A stretch of DNA of 64,000 bases from Felis catus. Lineage: Eukaryota. Below, piece by piece: positions 1 through 12,841 of the stretch; position 1 is the first letter of the stretch, and each line of letters opens with the position of its first letter. The notes under the pieces are model-generated. The model made no database searches. It was not told the DNA's origin and worked only from the letters and a program-made list of their open reading frames with translations. The position numbers and the translations under genes were made by a program. The DNA is taken from assembly GCF_018350175.1 (NCBI RefSeq), contig NC_058383.1, positions 6,822,001-6,886,000 of the forward strand. Direction: 5' to 3'.

Positions 1-66
1 GTGAGATCATGACCTGAGTCAAAATCAAGAGCTGGCGATCAAACAACTGAGCCACCCAGGTGTCCC
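1..66 (-). mobile_element. SINEC (partial, cut by window edge)
   Basis: gagatcatgacctgag...ctgagccacccaggtgtccc is the reverse complement of the Can-SINE head. Confidence 0.85.
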
Positions 67-639
67 TAAATGTCCATTCTTATCCATATATATGACCTTT
101 ATAATTTACTAAATTATTCCATCTTCTCTCTCGTCCTCCATATCCAATCAATCCTCAAACCTTGGCAACTTTACTTCCCCAATAAGTTTCCTATCTAATC
201 ACTCCTTGCAAGCTCTAGTCACCAACTGCCCCAGGTCTGCATCATCCTCTTTTTCCTGGACTGCCTTACTCAGCCTCGTTTTACCCAACAGTCAGTCCTC
301 TCATTTTCCACTTCCCTCCTTTCTTGCTCAGTCTTTCTCCAAGGGTTCTCAGCAGCATCTTTCTAAAATCTGTCCCTTCCCGCCTTTAAACCTTTACACG
401 GCTTCCGTTCCCTTTAAATTGTTCTCCGAAACACCTGGTTTAACCACCTGCACTAGTGGCTAAGATGGTGGGGGAATGCCGGCAATCCCTCCACACTCGC
501 TGGGCTCGTCGTGCTCCCTCTGCTGGGGACACTCACCTCACTTTTTGGTCCACCCTTCAAAACTGAGCTGAGGTGCCGGCTCCTCTGGCCAACTCCCTCC
601 TCCCAACTACTCGGGTCGAGGCCCCTCTTCTGCGAACCT

Positions 640-1400
640 ATAATATTCACTGCTTCCCTCCGTCTCCCTCTGCCCCTGCGACAAAGTACGCGAAGCGCGG
701 AATATGCACGTGGTGACCGAGAGGACTACAAAGCCCCTTGAGGGAGGCTTCGTGTCCGGTAGTATGTCTGGAGGGTCCTCCTCACCGAGAAAAAGCAGGT
801 GCAATGGCACGGAGGCGCCTAAAAGCCTGACGGCTCCGAGCCTCTTGGGGACGAGTCAGTCCCGGCGCGCGTTCAGGCACAGCCCCAGTGGACCAGCAAC
901 CATCGAGACGCACGGACCTCCGAGAGCCCTAGAGAGGAAGCGGAAGGGGCTCTTTCCTCACGCACCTGTCTGACAGCGTCCGCGGCCCACATCCGGTCTC
1001 TGAGGGCTCGGGTCGGGTCGTCGTGGCTGAGGGGCTGAGGGTGAGAGCCGTTCTGGGGCGTCGCAGGGCTTCGCGGGGCGGCGGGCCGGCGGGCCGGCGG
1101 CGGATGCGGCGGGTGTGGGGGCCGGCTTTCGGTGCGGCTGCGGGTCGCGGAGGCGTTGGCGGAGGCGGCGGGGCTGACACAGCGGGCGGCGCGTTTCCCC
1201 GGAGCTGCCTCCCGCGGCACCGGGGCCCGGCGGGCGCGACCCGGGGGTTCAGGTGGGAGCGACGTTGGTCCCGCCGGGCCTAGGTTACCTCAGCGCGGGG
1301 GCGTCCACGAACTCGAGACCTTGAACCGACGCGGATCTCTCTGAAAATCGAAAGTAGTCATTTTAGAGCGAGACGTGGGAGACGCACTTAAAGAATGACT
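640..1400. promoter_or_regulatory. CpG-island promoter / first non-coding exon region of ZSCAN25
   Basis: Very GC- and CpG-rich stretch about 2 kb upstream of the first coding exon. Contains an E-box CACGTG (~707), an ACTACA-aagccc ZNF143/THAP11-like motif (725-736), tandem ETS GGAAG/CGGAAG (936-946) and a candidate donor gg|gtgaga at 1040/1041. Confidence 0.8.
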
Positions 1401-1859
1401 TCTTTTCAAGCCTTCTTTCTCTTCGTGAAGTACCAGGGATGAAAGATGAATGAAGACCTTTCTTGCCTTTAGAGAATCTGGGCGTCGGGGACACGTCGGT
1501 TAACATTTGCGCTGTAGTATGGTAATGCGATAGGGGTGTGAAGAAATGCAGTAGCTAGAAAGTCGTGAAAGAGAAATCTCAATAGATGTAGCAAAATGAA
1601 AAATGAATCGACTGAAAACGTAAAGTAGGTTTAGGAAGGATGTAGAAGTACACAAACACACAATAGAATATTAAGTAGAAGCTTCGGACGAACCTCCTGC
1701 CAGTTGCTTATTCTCTGTTGCATTAAGAGTGGTCCTTCCCTCTAAAAATGGAGCCCCTTCCCCACTTTGGACTCCCAGCCTACATACCCCTCACCCCCAA
1801 CCCAAGCCCATCATGAAATTAAATAGTACTCATTCTCTAGTCTGGTATAAGCCTCTTCT

Positions 1860-2053
1860 TCTTTTTTTAAATTTTTATTCATTTTTGAGAGAGAGCTTAA
1901 GTGGGGGAGGGGCAGAGAGAGAAAGGGACAGAGGATCCCAAGCAGGCTCTGTGCTGACAGCAGCGCCGGAAAAGGGGCTCCAGTTCATGAACCATGGGAT
2001 CATGACATGAGCTGAAGTCAGACGCTCCACCGACTGAGCCACCCAGGCGCCCA
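1860..2053 (-). mobile_element. SINEC
   Basis: Poly(T), (GA)n and tRNA-derived head ending cccaggcgccc. Confidence 0.9.
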
Positions 2054-2339
2054 AACCTTTTTCATGAGTAGTTGAACCTACGTTAACCTTTCTCTCATTT
2101 TGACTTCCTGTGTTTCTCATCTGTACCGTATCTTTTGGGAGGCAGACTTTGGCCAGCCGTCTAACCTCTTACATCTTCAGTGTCGTCTTTGAAAAGTAAG
2201 GGGAGTAATACTCCCTATACATAATTGTATGTGTGTGTTCAGAGGCTTTCTAAATGGTAAAGCCTACACAAGTTAAAAGTCTTTTCGTTAATTATAATGA
2301 TATATATGTCACTCTGTTGTTTTCAACATGTGACACATG

Positions 2340-3015
2340 GTCACATCCAAGCCACCAGTAAGTCTTTTGGTTTTACCTCCAAAATACGTCTCGACTCTTT
2401 CTGCGTCTTTGCCACCATCTTGATCATCTCCTGCTTGGACCACTGTTAAGTGCTGCTTCCCTTCTTTTTCTCTCTAACCTATTCTCTGTTGACATACGCC
2501 AGGCAAAATGACCTTTTACGCCAGGCAATGTAAAAACATATAGCTCCCTGCTAAAATAAGAAGATTAAGCCATAATTCTTAGTGTGGCCCATTTCTTGGA
2601 TAATCTGGTTCTGCCTGCCTCTGTCACTTCTTCTCGTGCGGCTCTGTCCCTCACTTAACTTTGCTTCACTCCCATCGCCTTATTCTCAGACATGTGGAGT
2701 AATTTCTGACCTCAAGTCTGGTGCCTGGAAAAATCTCTGAATGACTGGCTCATACTCATCGGTGGGTCTCAGCCTAAGTGTCATCTTTTCAGAAGAGCCT
2801 TCTTTAAGTTATTCATCCCCCATTAACAGACCACCCTACACATTTCCTTTCTAGAAGTTATCTCCATTTAATTTTAACTTATTTGCTTGTATTTGTTTTT
2901 TTCTGTCTGTTGCACTAGTATATGAGTTTCAAAGGACAGGTGCCTTGTTTGTCTTGTTCTGTATTATATTTCTAGTTTCTGCAGGCCTGGCACATATATT
3001 TGTTGAACGTGTTAA
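2340..3015. mobile_element. Ancient L2 3' fragment
   Basis: Degenerate L2-like phrases (ccacca..aagtc..ttttacctccaaaata; cctggcacata..tgttgaa). Confidence 0.55.
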
Positions 3016-3385
3016 TTCTTACAGTGTTGGAAGAGTAGGCCCTGGTGACTCATCTAATTATAACCTATTTTATATTTTCTGATTTTAGTGTTATCTCCCT
3101 AATGAGATCCTACAATGTTTGTGGGTATAAAGTAAACTCTTTACATTTTTTTTCACATACTAGGTGGTTAGCAAATACTTACTGAATTGAATTGGCATGA
3201 TTTTCAGGATATATGTTTGGTCTTTTGTTCTGCTTCACAGAAACTAATTATGCTCTCCAGCAGAATATCCATTGATGTAGACAAAGAACTGTGATGGACT
3301 GACCTTTCCTTGTCTCACTTATGCTGCCATTATTGTTTGTCTGGTCTTCCCAATAGACCCTCAGTCTTCTGGGAGGAGTGTGAAG

Positions 3386-3772
3386 ATGCTAAAGGAGCGT
3401 CCAGGGATGGCAGAAGACCCCCAGCAACAGATGGGTGTTCCTGTGGTAAAGCTGGAGAAAGAGTTGCCATGGGCCAGGGGGAGGGAGGACCCTAGTCCTG
3501 AGACTTTTCGTCTGAGGTTTCGGCAGTTCCGCTACCAGGAGGCAGCTGGTCCTCAGGAAGCCCTCAGGGAACTCCAGGAACTCTGTCGCCAGTGGCTGAG
3601 GCCTGAGCTGCATACCAAGGAGCAGATCATGGAGCTGCTGGTGCTGGAGCAGTTCCTGACCATCCTGCCACGGGAGTTCTATGCCTGGATTCGGGAGCAT
3701 GGCTTGGAGAGTGGCAAGGCTCTTGTGGCCATGGTGGAGGACTTCACAGAGAGAACGTTGGAGGCCAAGGCG
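3386..3772 (+). CDS. ZSCAN25: ZSCAN25 coding exon 1 (SCAN domain)
   Basis: ATG at 3386; [25 protein letters not shown]...[51 protein letters not shown] is a canonical SCAN box. Acceptor caatag| at 3356; donor gcg|gtgggt; 387 nt, phase 0. Matches my recollection of human ZSCAN25. Confidence 0.93.
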
Positions 3773-4962
3773 GTGGGTGAGAAGGGGGTATCTGGGTCTT
3801 GTTTTGTCGGTATGGGAAGGGGACATTTAAAGAATTGAAAGGTTTGAAGAAGCAGTGGGAGTAGATGAGGTGTACAGTCTCCTTCATCTGCTCCCAGACT
3901 CCCTGAGGTACTTTTTGGAAGGCAGTGGAGTTTTCAGCATGAGAATCCATTCCCAAGGAAGATGCAGGGCCTGTAGAAGAGCTGTTAGCTTCCTTTCTGG
4001 TCATCAGGACAAAGGCCTGGCCATATTTCCTTTGTGAGCCCCAGGCCAAGAAGGTAGTCGTGACCAATTTGAAGATCCCTCATAGACTCCTTCTCTTTGG
4101 GCAGAGATGCATGTGGAAAGTGGGGAATTCCAATTGGGTGAATATTATCATTAAGAAGCATTGTCTAAACAGTGCTGTTTCGATATCTGGGACGTTGGCT
4201 CAAGTGGCTCACGTTAGTGGTTCTGTGGTGGTGTTCTGGTGACACCGAGTAACTGCATCTCAGATGCTTCCTTGGGACTCTGGCCACATGTTTGTCATTC
4301 TGTGGTATAGTCACCTTATTGTTGGCTGGGAAAGAAGAGAGTAGGACTGAACATTACTGTTTTGCTTGCAAGTAATCATCTTTCTTCAGTTTATTCTTCC
4401 TTTTCCTACTGCAGTTATTCGTGACTTCCTCTGTAATCCTAAGAATTATTTTTTTATTCCCAATTCAGGAGCTTAAAAGTAGACCAAGAAGGGCCTGTTT
4501 TTGTGAGTGTATCACAGTGCGAGTTGTCCTGATTTTCCTCGCTGTTTTCAGAGCAAGTTTTTCTCACTAGCTAATTCACTGCTGAATCAAGGCTTTGTAT
4601 TTTTTACTTTCAGCATTTATAATTGGGGGATTGTTTTCCTAGTAGGGAGCATTTTGGGCTAAAGTTGTCAACCAAACAATATTTAGTCTCTCTGTGATAT
4701 TATTCCTGGTGGAATTTGGTCAGTATTGAGGCAGGCAGGAGGGACCCTTGTAAAAGGGCAGGGACACATAACAGTTGCTCGGAGCCTGATAAAGAGAGGT
4801 TAACCTCTTTTTCACCTTCTCACTGATGTCCTGGGGAAGAGCTGAGCCAGCTTTGTCCTCCTCTTGCAGTTGGAATGGTCCTTTTCTTTGTTCTCTTTTT
4901 AGGTTTTAATTCAACTCCCTCACCCAGGCCTCATTCTAATAGGTGTTGGGGACTGTTCTTAG

Positions 4963-5164
4963 GTTCCATGCCTCGTGCAGGGAGAACGGGAGGAGACAGC
5001 ACTTTGCAGAGGCCCTTGGGAACCAGGTGTTCACCTGGGGCCAGTGGAGGTCAAGCCTGAGTGGGGGATGCCCCATGGGGAAGGAGTTCAAGGCCTAGAC
5101 CAAGGCACTGAGGAGCAACTCAGTCAAGACCCTGGAGCTGGGACACAAGCCTTCCAGGAGCAGG
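4963..5164 (+). CDS. ZSCAN25: ZSCAN25 coding exon 2
   Basis: ttcttag|GTT CCA TGC...VPCLVQGEREETALCRGPWEPGVHLGPVEVKPEWG...AFQEQ G|gtaaga; 202 nt, phase 0 to 1. Confidence 0.9.
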
Positions 5165-5742
5165 GTAAGATGTGAACAGTAAAGAAGTAAGGATGCAGAA
5201 AACTGCACTTTGTGACCCTCCTTTACAAGCCCAGCAATTGATAAATAAGTTATCTGTGAGCTGTAATTAGGAGTTTTCCTGATTACTTCCTTGACTTCAG
5301 TAGGAAACAGATGAAGTGAAATTGTCTTCTATACCTTGACTCTCTGATTTTTGCAGGGGATATCTGGGGTTGTGCTCTCTTACCATTTCTTCTCTTCTTT
5401 CCCTCACATCCCTTCTAGAAACCTCCTGGAAATATGCAGGTGACATAGAGGGGGATTTTTTAAGTGGGCAGACAAACCATATCCCTAAAAGTAATGTATG
5501 ACTTCATTGTGTTACTGAATCTCAAAGAGGGTTATTCCCAGAGTGTGACCAGAGAGCATGAATAGCCTTCAAGGGCCAGGGTACATTGGGTCGAGACCGT
5601 CTGCCCAGTTGAGAAGAGGGTAGGTCTGTGTGGAATCTCCTTAAGGTTCCTGGGTTCTGTGTGTCAGGCAGTGGACACCTTTGAACAAGCTAACTACAAG
5701 ACAGCACTAATCTTTCTCATGCTTTTTTTCCCCTTTGCTTAG

Positions 5743-5831
5743 CTCTGCCAGTTCTTCAGGCTGGTTCTGGCCTCCCTCCAGTGAACAGAGACCAAGAGAT
5801 GGCAGCTGGGTTCCTTTCAGCTGGACCCCAG
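5743..5831 (+). CDS. ZSCAN25: ZSCAN25 coding exon 3
   Basis: Pyrimidine tract plus ttag|CT; (A)LPVLQAGSGLPPVNRDQEMAAGFLSAGPQ|gtgagc; 89 nt, phase 1 to 0. This frame is not in the ORF track. Confidence 0.88.
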
Positions 5832-6477
5832 GTGAGCTGTACTTCTGCCTTTCTGACGTTGCTTTGAATGAGATTCACCTTCCCCAAAGTTTCCCTGCAC
5901 AACAAAGCACCGCCCACAAGTTGAATTATTGTACCTTTCTTGTTCTGATGGATATGATAGCTTTGTTTTCTCCACTTTGTCATCCTGATTTGTTGAGTTG
6001 AGCCTTATGCCTTAGGGCCCAGGCATGAGGCTCAATTCAGTTGATTTTATTGCTCTGTGACTTTTTTTTTTAATTGACTCTGTATTACTTTTTACTGAGG
6101 AGGAAGACATTATTGATAGAAACCCTATAAGCTTGATCTAGGCAGTGGTGGTCGATCAGGAAATCAATACCCATTGTAGATCGTCTTTATGGATACTTTT
6201 GCTGCTGCTTTTCCTTGGGATCCTCTCCTCCTCCCGCATCAGCAGGAATGTAGCTGACTCAGGGTTGGAGACTCCCTGGAACACTGAGCAGAGTGTTCCC
6301 TCTGGCCTCTACCCCGACTACACCAAGATTTGGCCTTGTTTGACTTCTTTGCCTGCCACATATGGGGGTAATGAGCACAGTTGGGGCACTCTTGTCATGT
6401 CTACTCTGTGTTGAGTGTTACCAGGGAGGTGGGAGATTTCCAGTGTGGCACCTTTTTGAAGGGGACAGTGAGTGTTT

Positions 6478-7165
6478 TGTTTTTTATTTTGAGAGAGAGA
6501 GAGAGAGAGAGCAGGGAAGGGGCAGAGAGAGAGGGAGAGATTGAGAATCCCAAGCAGGATTCTGCATTCAGTGTGGAGTCCAGCGCAGGGCTTGATGTGG
6601 GGCTCAAACACATGAATCATGAGATCATGACCTGAGCTGCAATCAAGAGTTGGATGCTTAACCAACTGAGCCACCCAGGTGTCCCAGAGACAGTGAGTTT
6701 TAAAGTGAAGAGTCCTTATAGAAGGAAGGTAGAAGGAAAGGGGTCATTTGCCAGAAAAAAATGACTCAAATCTGGTCTAGCTAAAGCACTGTTTGGGCAA
6801 GTTTTATGCCTGTACCATTTCCTGTTTCTGTTTCCCTAGCATGTGTTTTGGAGGAGATGAAGGATGATAGCATGTTTTAATTTTTCCAGACCCTCTTTTT
6901 TGCCGTAATAGTTCTTCATGGTGTTGTGGATGATAGTGAATTTATTTTATTTTATTACTATTTTTTTTAAATGTTTATTTTAGAGAGAGACAGAGAATGT
7001 GTGTGTGCACAAGCAGGGGAGGGACAGAGAGAGAGGGAGACACAGAATCTGAAGCAGGCTTTGCACTGTCAGCTCAGAGCCTGATGTGGGACTTAAACCC
7101 ACGACTGTGAGATCATGATCTGAACTGAAGTCAGTTGCTTAACTTACTGAGCCACCCAGGCGCCC
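6478..7165 (-). mobile_element. Two intronic SINECs (6478-6686; ~6945-7165)
   Basis: Can-SINE structure; approximate TSDs gacagtgagt and atagtgaattt/atactgaattt. Confidence 0.9.
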
Positions 7166-7586
7166 AATACTGAATTTATTTTAATGCAGTATTGTTCTTA
7201 AGACAAGGCCTGCCCAAATATTTACTTCCCTTTGAGGGAAGATCAGTTTTAGATGAAGGCATAAATAGCTCTGGGTCTTGATCAAGCTTGAGGATTGAGT
7301 GGAGGCAATTGAAAAGCAGGAATTAGGTGTTGTGGTTGTTAGGGTACAACCTAGGTGTCTGCAGCAGAGACTCAGAAATATAGTAGCTCAGACAAGTCCA
7401 TTACTTCCCTATCATTAAACTATCAAGAGGTAGGGACTTGTGCTCCCAAGACCATCTAGGGGTCTGGTTCCTTCTGTCTCTTGCTCTGTTCTTCCCTAGA
7501 GTATTATCCCTGTGTTTGCTTCCGCTTTTAGACTCTTCCTACTTTGGGATTATTTCTTTATCCATAACACTCTTCTGTTGTTTCAG

Positions 7587-7713
7587 GGGTTGGGGCCATT
7601 TAAAGATATGACTCTGGCCTTCCCTGAGGAGGAATGGAGACATGTGACCCCAGCCCAGATAGACTGTTTTGGGGAATATGTGGAACCCCAGGACTGTGGG
7701 GTCTCACCTCCAG
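7587..7713 (+). CDS. ZSCAN25: ZSCAN25 coding exon 4 (degenerate KRAB-A-like)
   Basis: tttcag|GLGPFKDMTLAFPEEEWRHVTPAQIDCFGEYVEPQDCGVSPP G|gtaaga; 127 nt, typical KRAB-A exon size, with an FxD.x.xF..EEW pattern. Confidence 0.9.
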
Positions 7714-9087
7714 GTAAGACTGTTTCCATCCCAAAGGTAAGAAACTGAGGAGTTGTGAAAGTTACAGGTTGGAGTTCTTGCCCTTGCCCCAGATTTCAGA
7801 ACCTGGTGCTACCAACAAAAGAAGGCAAGTAAATGGGTCCAAGGAAAGAGTGTGGACCCAGGGTTTAAGGAGCCGGGCATGTGCTTTCTTGTCGGGAGAG
7901 GAACCAACAAGGGGGCAAGAAAACACAAGGTAGTTGTACTGGCTGTGATGAGACAGGTTGCTCATTAGGATTCCTGGAGCACCTATTCTGTCTCTGACTG
8001 AAGAGTACCCACGCAGGCTTGAAAGCAAAAGACGATCTTGTGTCTCGTTCCCTCAGCAGGGATTTATTGAGTGTCCCTCAGGCACTGGCTCCAACTTTGC
8101 AGCTTTGTGTTGGGGCAGGACTAACGGTAGGGCAGCCTTCGGAGCACCAGGCGTGTGTACAGAGAATGCCCAGCTGCTCGATGTGGGCCCCTGTCACAGA
8201 GCAAGCAGAGCCTGGGCTGGGTCTGTCTCAGGTGGTGGCCAGGTTTTACTTGGGGTTGGAGCTGGAAGGGTGAGACCATGATGCACATGGAAAGTGCTCA
8301 CAGGAGGAGGAGCAGCAAGAGAAGGAGGAAGAGTGAGCCTGGCGAAGTACAGGGAGAGGCCCTGGCGGGGAAGCCGGGGAGGGCACTGCAGGGGCTGGAG
8401 ACTGCCGGAGTGGTGGTATCTCTGCAGGTTGGAGAGGGAGAGGAAAAGAAACGTGAGTGGGAACAACCCTTTCCTCTGTTCCCTCTGCTTTTCTTTTCAT
8501 AACTTTTTGAGTATGTGCTGACTGCTCATCTGTCCTGACTTCACCCCACCTGGCATTTTTCCATCTTGAAATATGTTGAGGGATAAATGAGAGTATCGCT
8601 GTACTGCCTTTAGTGCATGAGAGAACCGGTCCTGGCTCCACCACTTACTGTGACCTTTCTGGGCTTCCGTTTCTTCAGTCGCAAAATGGGGACGTTCACA
8701 GAGGTCTCATGGCGTCGTGAGGATTAAGTGAGATGATAAATCTTAGCATTTGGTGAATATGATAGTGTTAGATACTTTTATTAGCTATACAAATACTATT
8801 CCTTTATGAGTCAGTCAACATTCATTTATTCACCCAAAAATATTTATTTGGTATTGTGGCCAGTACTCTGCCAGTCACTATGAAGAGTTAAAGTCCCTTG
8901 CCTTTGCGATCTTAGCAGTTCATATGAAGAGTCCAAATGCACGGAATAATGGTCATTATGGAGTAGTGTAAGGGGCCCTAGAGGAGGGGCTCAGGAGACC
9001 TGGGTCCAGGACAGGGTTGTCACACCATGGCAGTGATGTGAGTGGCCAAAGGATGCCAACATGTGTTACAAAGAGATGTAAGACTTC

Positions 9088-9298
9088 TTTTTTTATTAAA
9101 AACTATTATTAAAAAATGTTTATTTGTTTTTGACAGAGGGGGGGGGGGGCAGAGAGAAAGGGAGACACAGAATTCGAAGCAGGCTCCAGGCTCTGAGCTG
9201 TCAGTACAGAGCCTGACATGGGGCTTGAACCTATGAACTGTGAGATCATGACCAGAGCAGAAGTTGGACGCTTAATCGACTAAGCCATCAGGCGTCCT
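9088..9298 (-). mobile_element. SINEC
   Basis: TSD agatgtaagacttct/agatataagacttct. Confidence 0.9.
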
Positions 9299-11139
9299 GA
9301 GATATAAGACTTCTGTAGATGGTAGAGGATGTGGAAACCTTCAGACATAACTATGCGGTTCAGGACCTCTTGCAACACAGCTGAGATGGTGGGGATACCA
9401 ATATTCTAGTGCCTTGATGCCCCCAGGGACCCTCTGCTGGTGATGCTGCTGTGTGTTGGAATGATTCTGCCCTCTTATTCCAGAGGATTTTTATACCTGC
9501 CCCGCCCCCCATCCCTGCCATCTGACTGTTCTAGAGACTCTGGTTGTATTCTTGTGCTGTTCTGTTTCAAACGACCCAAGCACTTCCATAAGCATTTATG
9601 CGGAGTCTGGGTGGGCCAAGGTCCATTTCCCACGCATACTGTCTACTGGCTGTCTCAGGTCTTCCTGTGATTTATTCCCATGTACTTGTGGCTCCTGCAT
9701 TGATAGCTGTTTTGGATTAGGCCTGAGAAACTAGAATTCTATGATACATAATATCTAGCACATACTCACATCTCCCCAGGGTCCAGCTAAGACTCGTGCA
9801 TTGCATTTAGTGTCAGTTTTACTATTCGTAGCACCTGAAAACTGGAAATTACCCAAATGAATATCAGTCAAGTTCATAAATAGATTACAATATATTCTGA
9901 CAGTGTCATACCAATGAAAAAGAACATAGTGTAACTATAGCTACATTCCATAATATGGGTGAATCTTACAAGTATAATAATGAGCGGAAGCATCCAGAAA
10001 CAATATTTGAATCCACTACACAAAGTTCAAGACCAGGTAAAAGTACTTTATGCTGATAAAAGTTTGAATAGCATGTTAGCCAGGGGTCGGCAGAATATAG
10101 TCACTGGAGGGGCTGGTAGAGGGCTTTCTGGATACTGGTAGTTTCTTGAACTGGATGCTTTTTATATAGTTGTGTTCATTATGAAAATTCTTTGAATTCT
10201 ACAGTTATGTTTTGTGCATCTTTAATGGAAAGTTTATAGAAGAATCTGTCAGAGGTGACAGCTGTGTCCTTCATATTTGTTTAGGCATGTGATGTTTTCC
10301 TTTTTGTGTTTTAACGGCCTTACCTGAAAGGACCCTTTCTGTGCCTAAGTGCTGCTTGTCATTTTTGTCTCTTTCTCTCTCCTTTTTTTTTTTTAAGATT
10401 TTATTTTTGAGTAATTTCTATACCCAATGTGGGGCTTGAGCTCACAGCCCTGAGATCAAGAGTCACATGCTATATTGACTGAGCCAGGTACCCCTCCTCT
10501 CTTTTTTTCTGTCTTGGCTCTTTTGCTTCCTAGGGCCTTCCCTTTTGTTCACCTTCCCTCCTGCCTGTTCTGTAAACAATTGTTCTGTTAATTTAGAGAG
10601 AGTGAAACAGGGATCAGAGAAAGAACTTCTAGAAGGGTTGAGGCATTTCAGCAGCATTCACGCGCGTTTCAATCTGGTAGAAGTCAGTGACAGATCGGAT
10701 TCATTCATTCACCTAGTGGTTAGTAAGCCTGTGACAGTCTCCCAAGAGACCCAGATTAATAAAATCTGGTTAGGTGGAGGGAGGAGCGGGGGCAGGGACC
10801 GTGTGCTGAGCAAGTGTATGGAGGCTATGGAGAACTCTCAAGTAGCCCACCTGGATGGAATAAGCTGGAATAGGTTTATAATCTCTAGGGCAGGGAGAAC
10901 ACCTTGAGGAATGTAAAATGGCATTTTCAACAAGGTCGTGTATAAATAAGTGCACAATAAACAAAGTGCTAATTCAGTATAAATGTGCTGAAGAGACATA
11001 GCTAAGAGAGTAATCAGGGAATGTTTCTTCAAGGAAATCATTGAGTTAGATTTAGAAGGAAATACAAGTCTGAGTTAGAAAATTAACTGAGAGCACATTA
11101 AGATTTGGCAGACTATTCTGTAAAAAAGATATGGAGAGT

Positions 11140-11825
11140 TTTAGCTCAGGTTGCTACAATAGAATATTATAGGCCAGTGGCTTAAAACAACAAACATTTA
11201 TTTCTCCGAGTTCTGGAGGCTGAGAAGTTCAAGATCAAGGTTCCTGTAGATTCAGTGTCTGGAGAGCGCCCTCCTCCTGGCTTGCAGCTGGCTGCCACCT
11301 CACTGTCTTCACATGGCAGACAGAGTGAGATTGTGGGATTGAGGGATCTATCCTGTGTCTTTGCCTCTCCCATCATGAGGGATCATGCTCACATGATTTC
11401 TGTGCTAAGAGCTCTGGTTTCCCTTCCTCTTTTTTTTTTTTTTTTTAAATTTTTTTTTTCAACGTTTATTTATTTTTTAGGACAGAGAGAGACAGAGCAT
11501 GAACGGGGGAGGGGCAGAGAGAGAGGGAGACACAGAATCGGAAACAGACTCCAGGCTCTGAGCCATCAGCCCAGAGCCTGATGCGGGGCTCGAACTCACG
11601 GACCGCGAGATCGTGACCTGGCTGAAGTCGGACGCTTAACCGACTGTGCCACCCAGGCGCCCCTCCCTTCCTCTTTTTATAAGGACACTGATCCCATCAT
11701 GAGGGCTCCACCCTAATGACTGTACCTTATAACTTCCTGAACAGCCCATTTCCTGATATCATCATGTTGGAGCTTAGGTTTTCAACCTATGAATTTGGGG
11801 AAGACACAAACATTCAGTCAGTAAC
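11140..11825. mobile_element. MaLR (MLT1/MST-like) solo LTR interrupted by a young SINEC_Fc at 11430-11663
   Basis: gtggcttaaaacaacaaacatttatttctc..gttctggaggctgagaagttcaagatcaagg and gagggctccaccctaatgac are MaLR hallmarks. The SINE is flanked by TSD tcccttcctcttttt. Confidence 0.8.
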
Positions 11826-12008
11826 AAAGTGGGAAAAGGTAAAGTGAAGTCTGGTTTTAGAGTCCATGAAAGAAAACTGTATTGAGGTTATTGGTCAAAG
11901 GGAAAAAGAAAGAACTGTTAATGGGACATCTTTAGAAGCCAAATTCTCACATAGAACTTTACTTTCATAACTGCTACAGAATTAGCTTGTATCTCCTTTG
12001 TCCTGTAG

Positions 12009-12841
12009 GCATTGGGAGCAAGGAAAAGGAGTCTAAAACCCAGCAGGCAGACCTCAAGGGGGCGCTTGCTCGGGTGACGGCAGAGAGGTTTGGGGAAGCC
12101 ACACTCCAGAGCCCTGAGCTTGGAAGAACCTGTGAGCAGGAGCCCAGTAGCTCTGTGGGAAACATGCCAGGGCCGCCTCCTCCTCAGCATGGTGTCATAC
12201 CCCTGCCCGATGACCTCAAGACCCACAGCTCCTTTTGGAAGCCTTTTCAGTGCCCCGAGTGTGGAAAAGGCTTCAGTCGGAGCTCAAATCTTGTCAGACA
12301 CCAGCGAACCCATGAAGAAGAGAAATCCTATGGGTGTGTCGAGTGTGGGAAGGGGTTCACCTTGAGAGAGTACCTCATGAAGCACCAGAGAACCCACCTG
12401 GGAAAGAGACCCTATGTGTGCAGTGAGTGCTGGAAAACGTTCAGTCAGAGGCACCACCTCGAGGTCCACCAGAGGAGTCACACAGGGGAGAAGCCTTACA
12501 AGTGTGGTGACTGCTGGAAAAGCTTTAGCCGGAGGCAGCATCTGCAGGTGCATCGGAGAACTCACACAGGGGAGAAGCCCTACACTTGTGAGTGCGGCAA
12601 GAGCTTCAGCAGGAATGCAAACCTGGCTGTGCACCGGCGAGCCCACACTGGGGAGAAGCCGTATGGGTGCCAGGTGTGTGGGAAGCGGTTCAGTAAAGGG
12701 GAGCGATTGGTCAGACACCAGAGGATCCACACTGGGGAGAAGCCCTACCACTGTCCAGCCTGCGGGAGGAGCTTCAACCAGAGGTCCATCCTCAATCGGC
12801 ATCAGAAAACTCAGCATCGCCAGGAGACCCTGGCACAGTAA
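12009..12841 (+). CDS. ZSCAN25: ZSCAN25 final coding exon (7 C2H2 zinc fingers)
   Basis: cctgtag|GC ATT GGG; seven C2H2 fingers, several joined by TGEKPY linkers; TAA at 12839-12841. The spliced CDS totals 1638 nt, i.e. 545 aa plus stop, with all phases compatible. Confidence 0.95.

Noticed and set aside
873..1344. Overlapping Arg/Ala/Pro-rich ORFs
   Set aside because: By-product of the GC-rich CpG island; no domain recognisable.
7958..8644. Cluster of 75-132 aa ORFs in the last ZSCAN25 intron
   Set aside because: GC/purine-rich intron with no recognisable motif or consistent splice frame.
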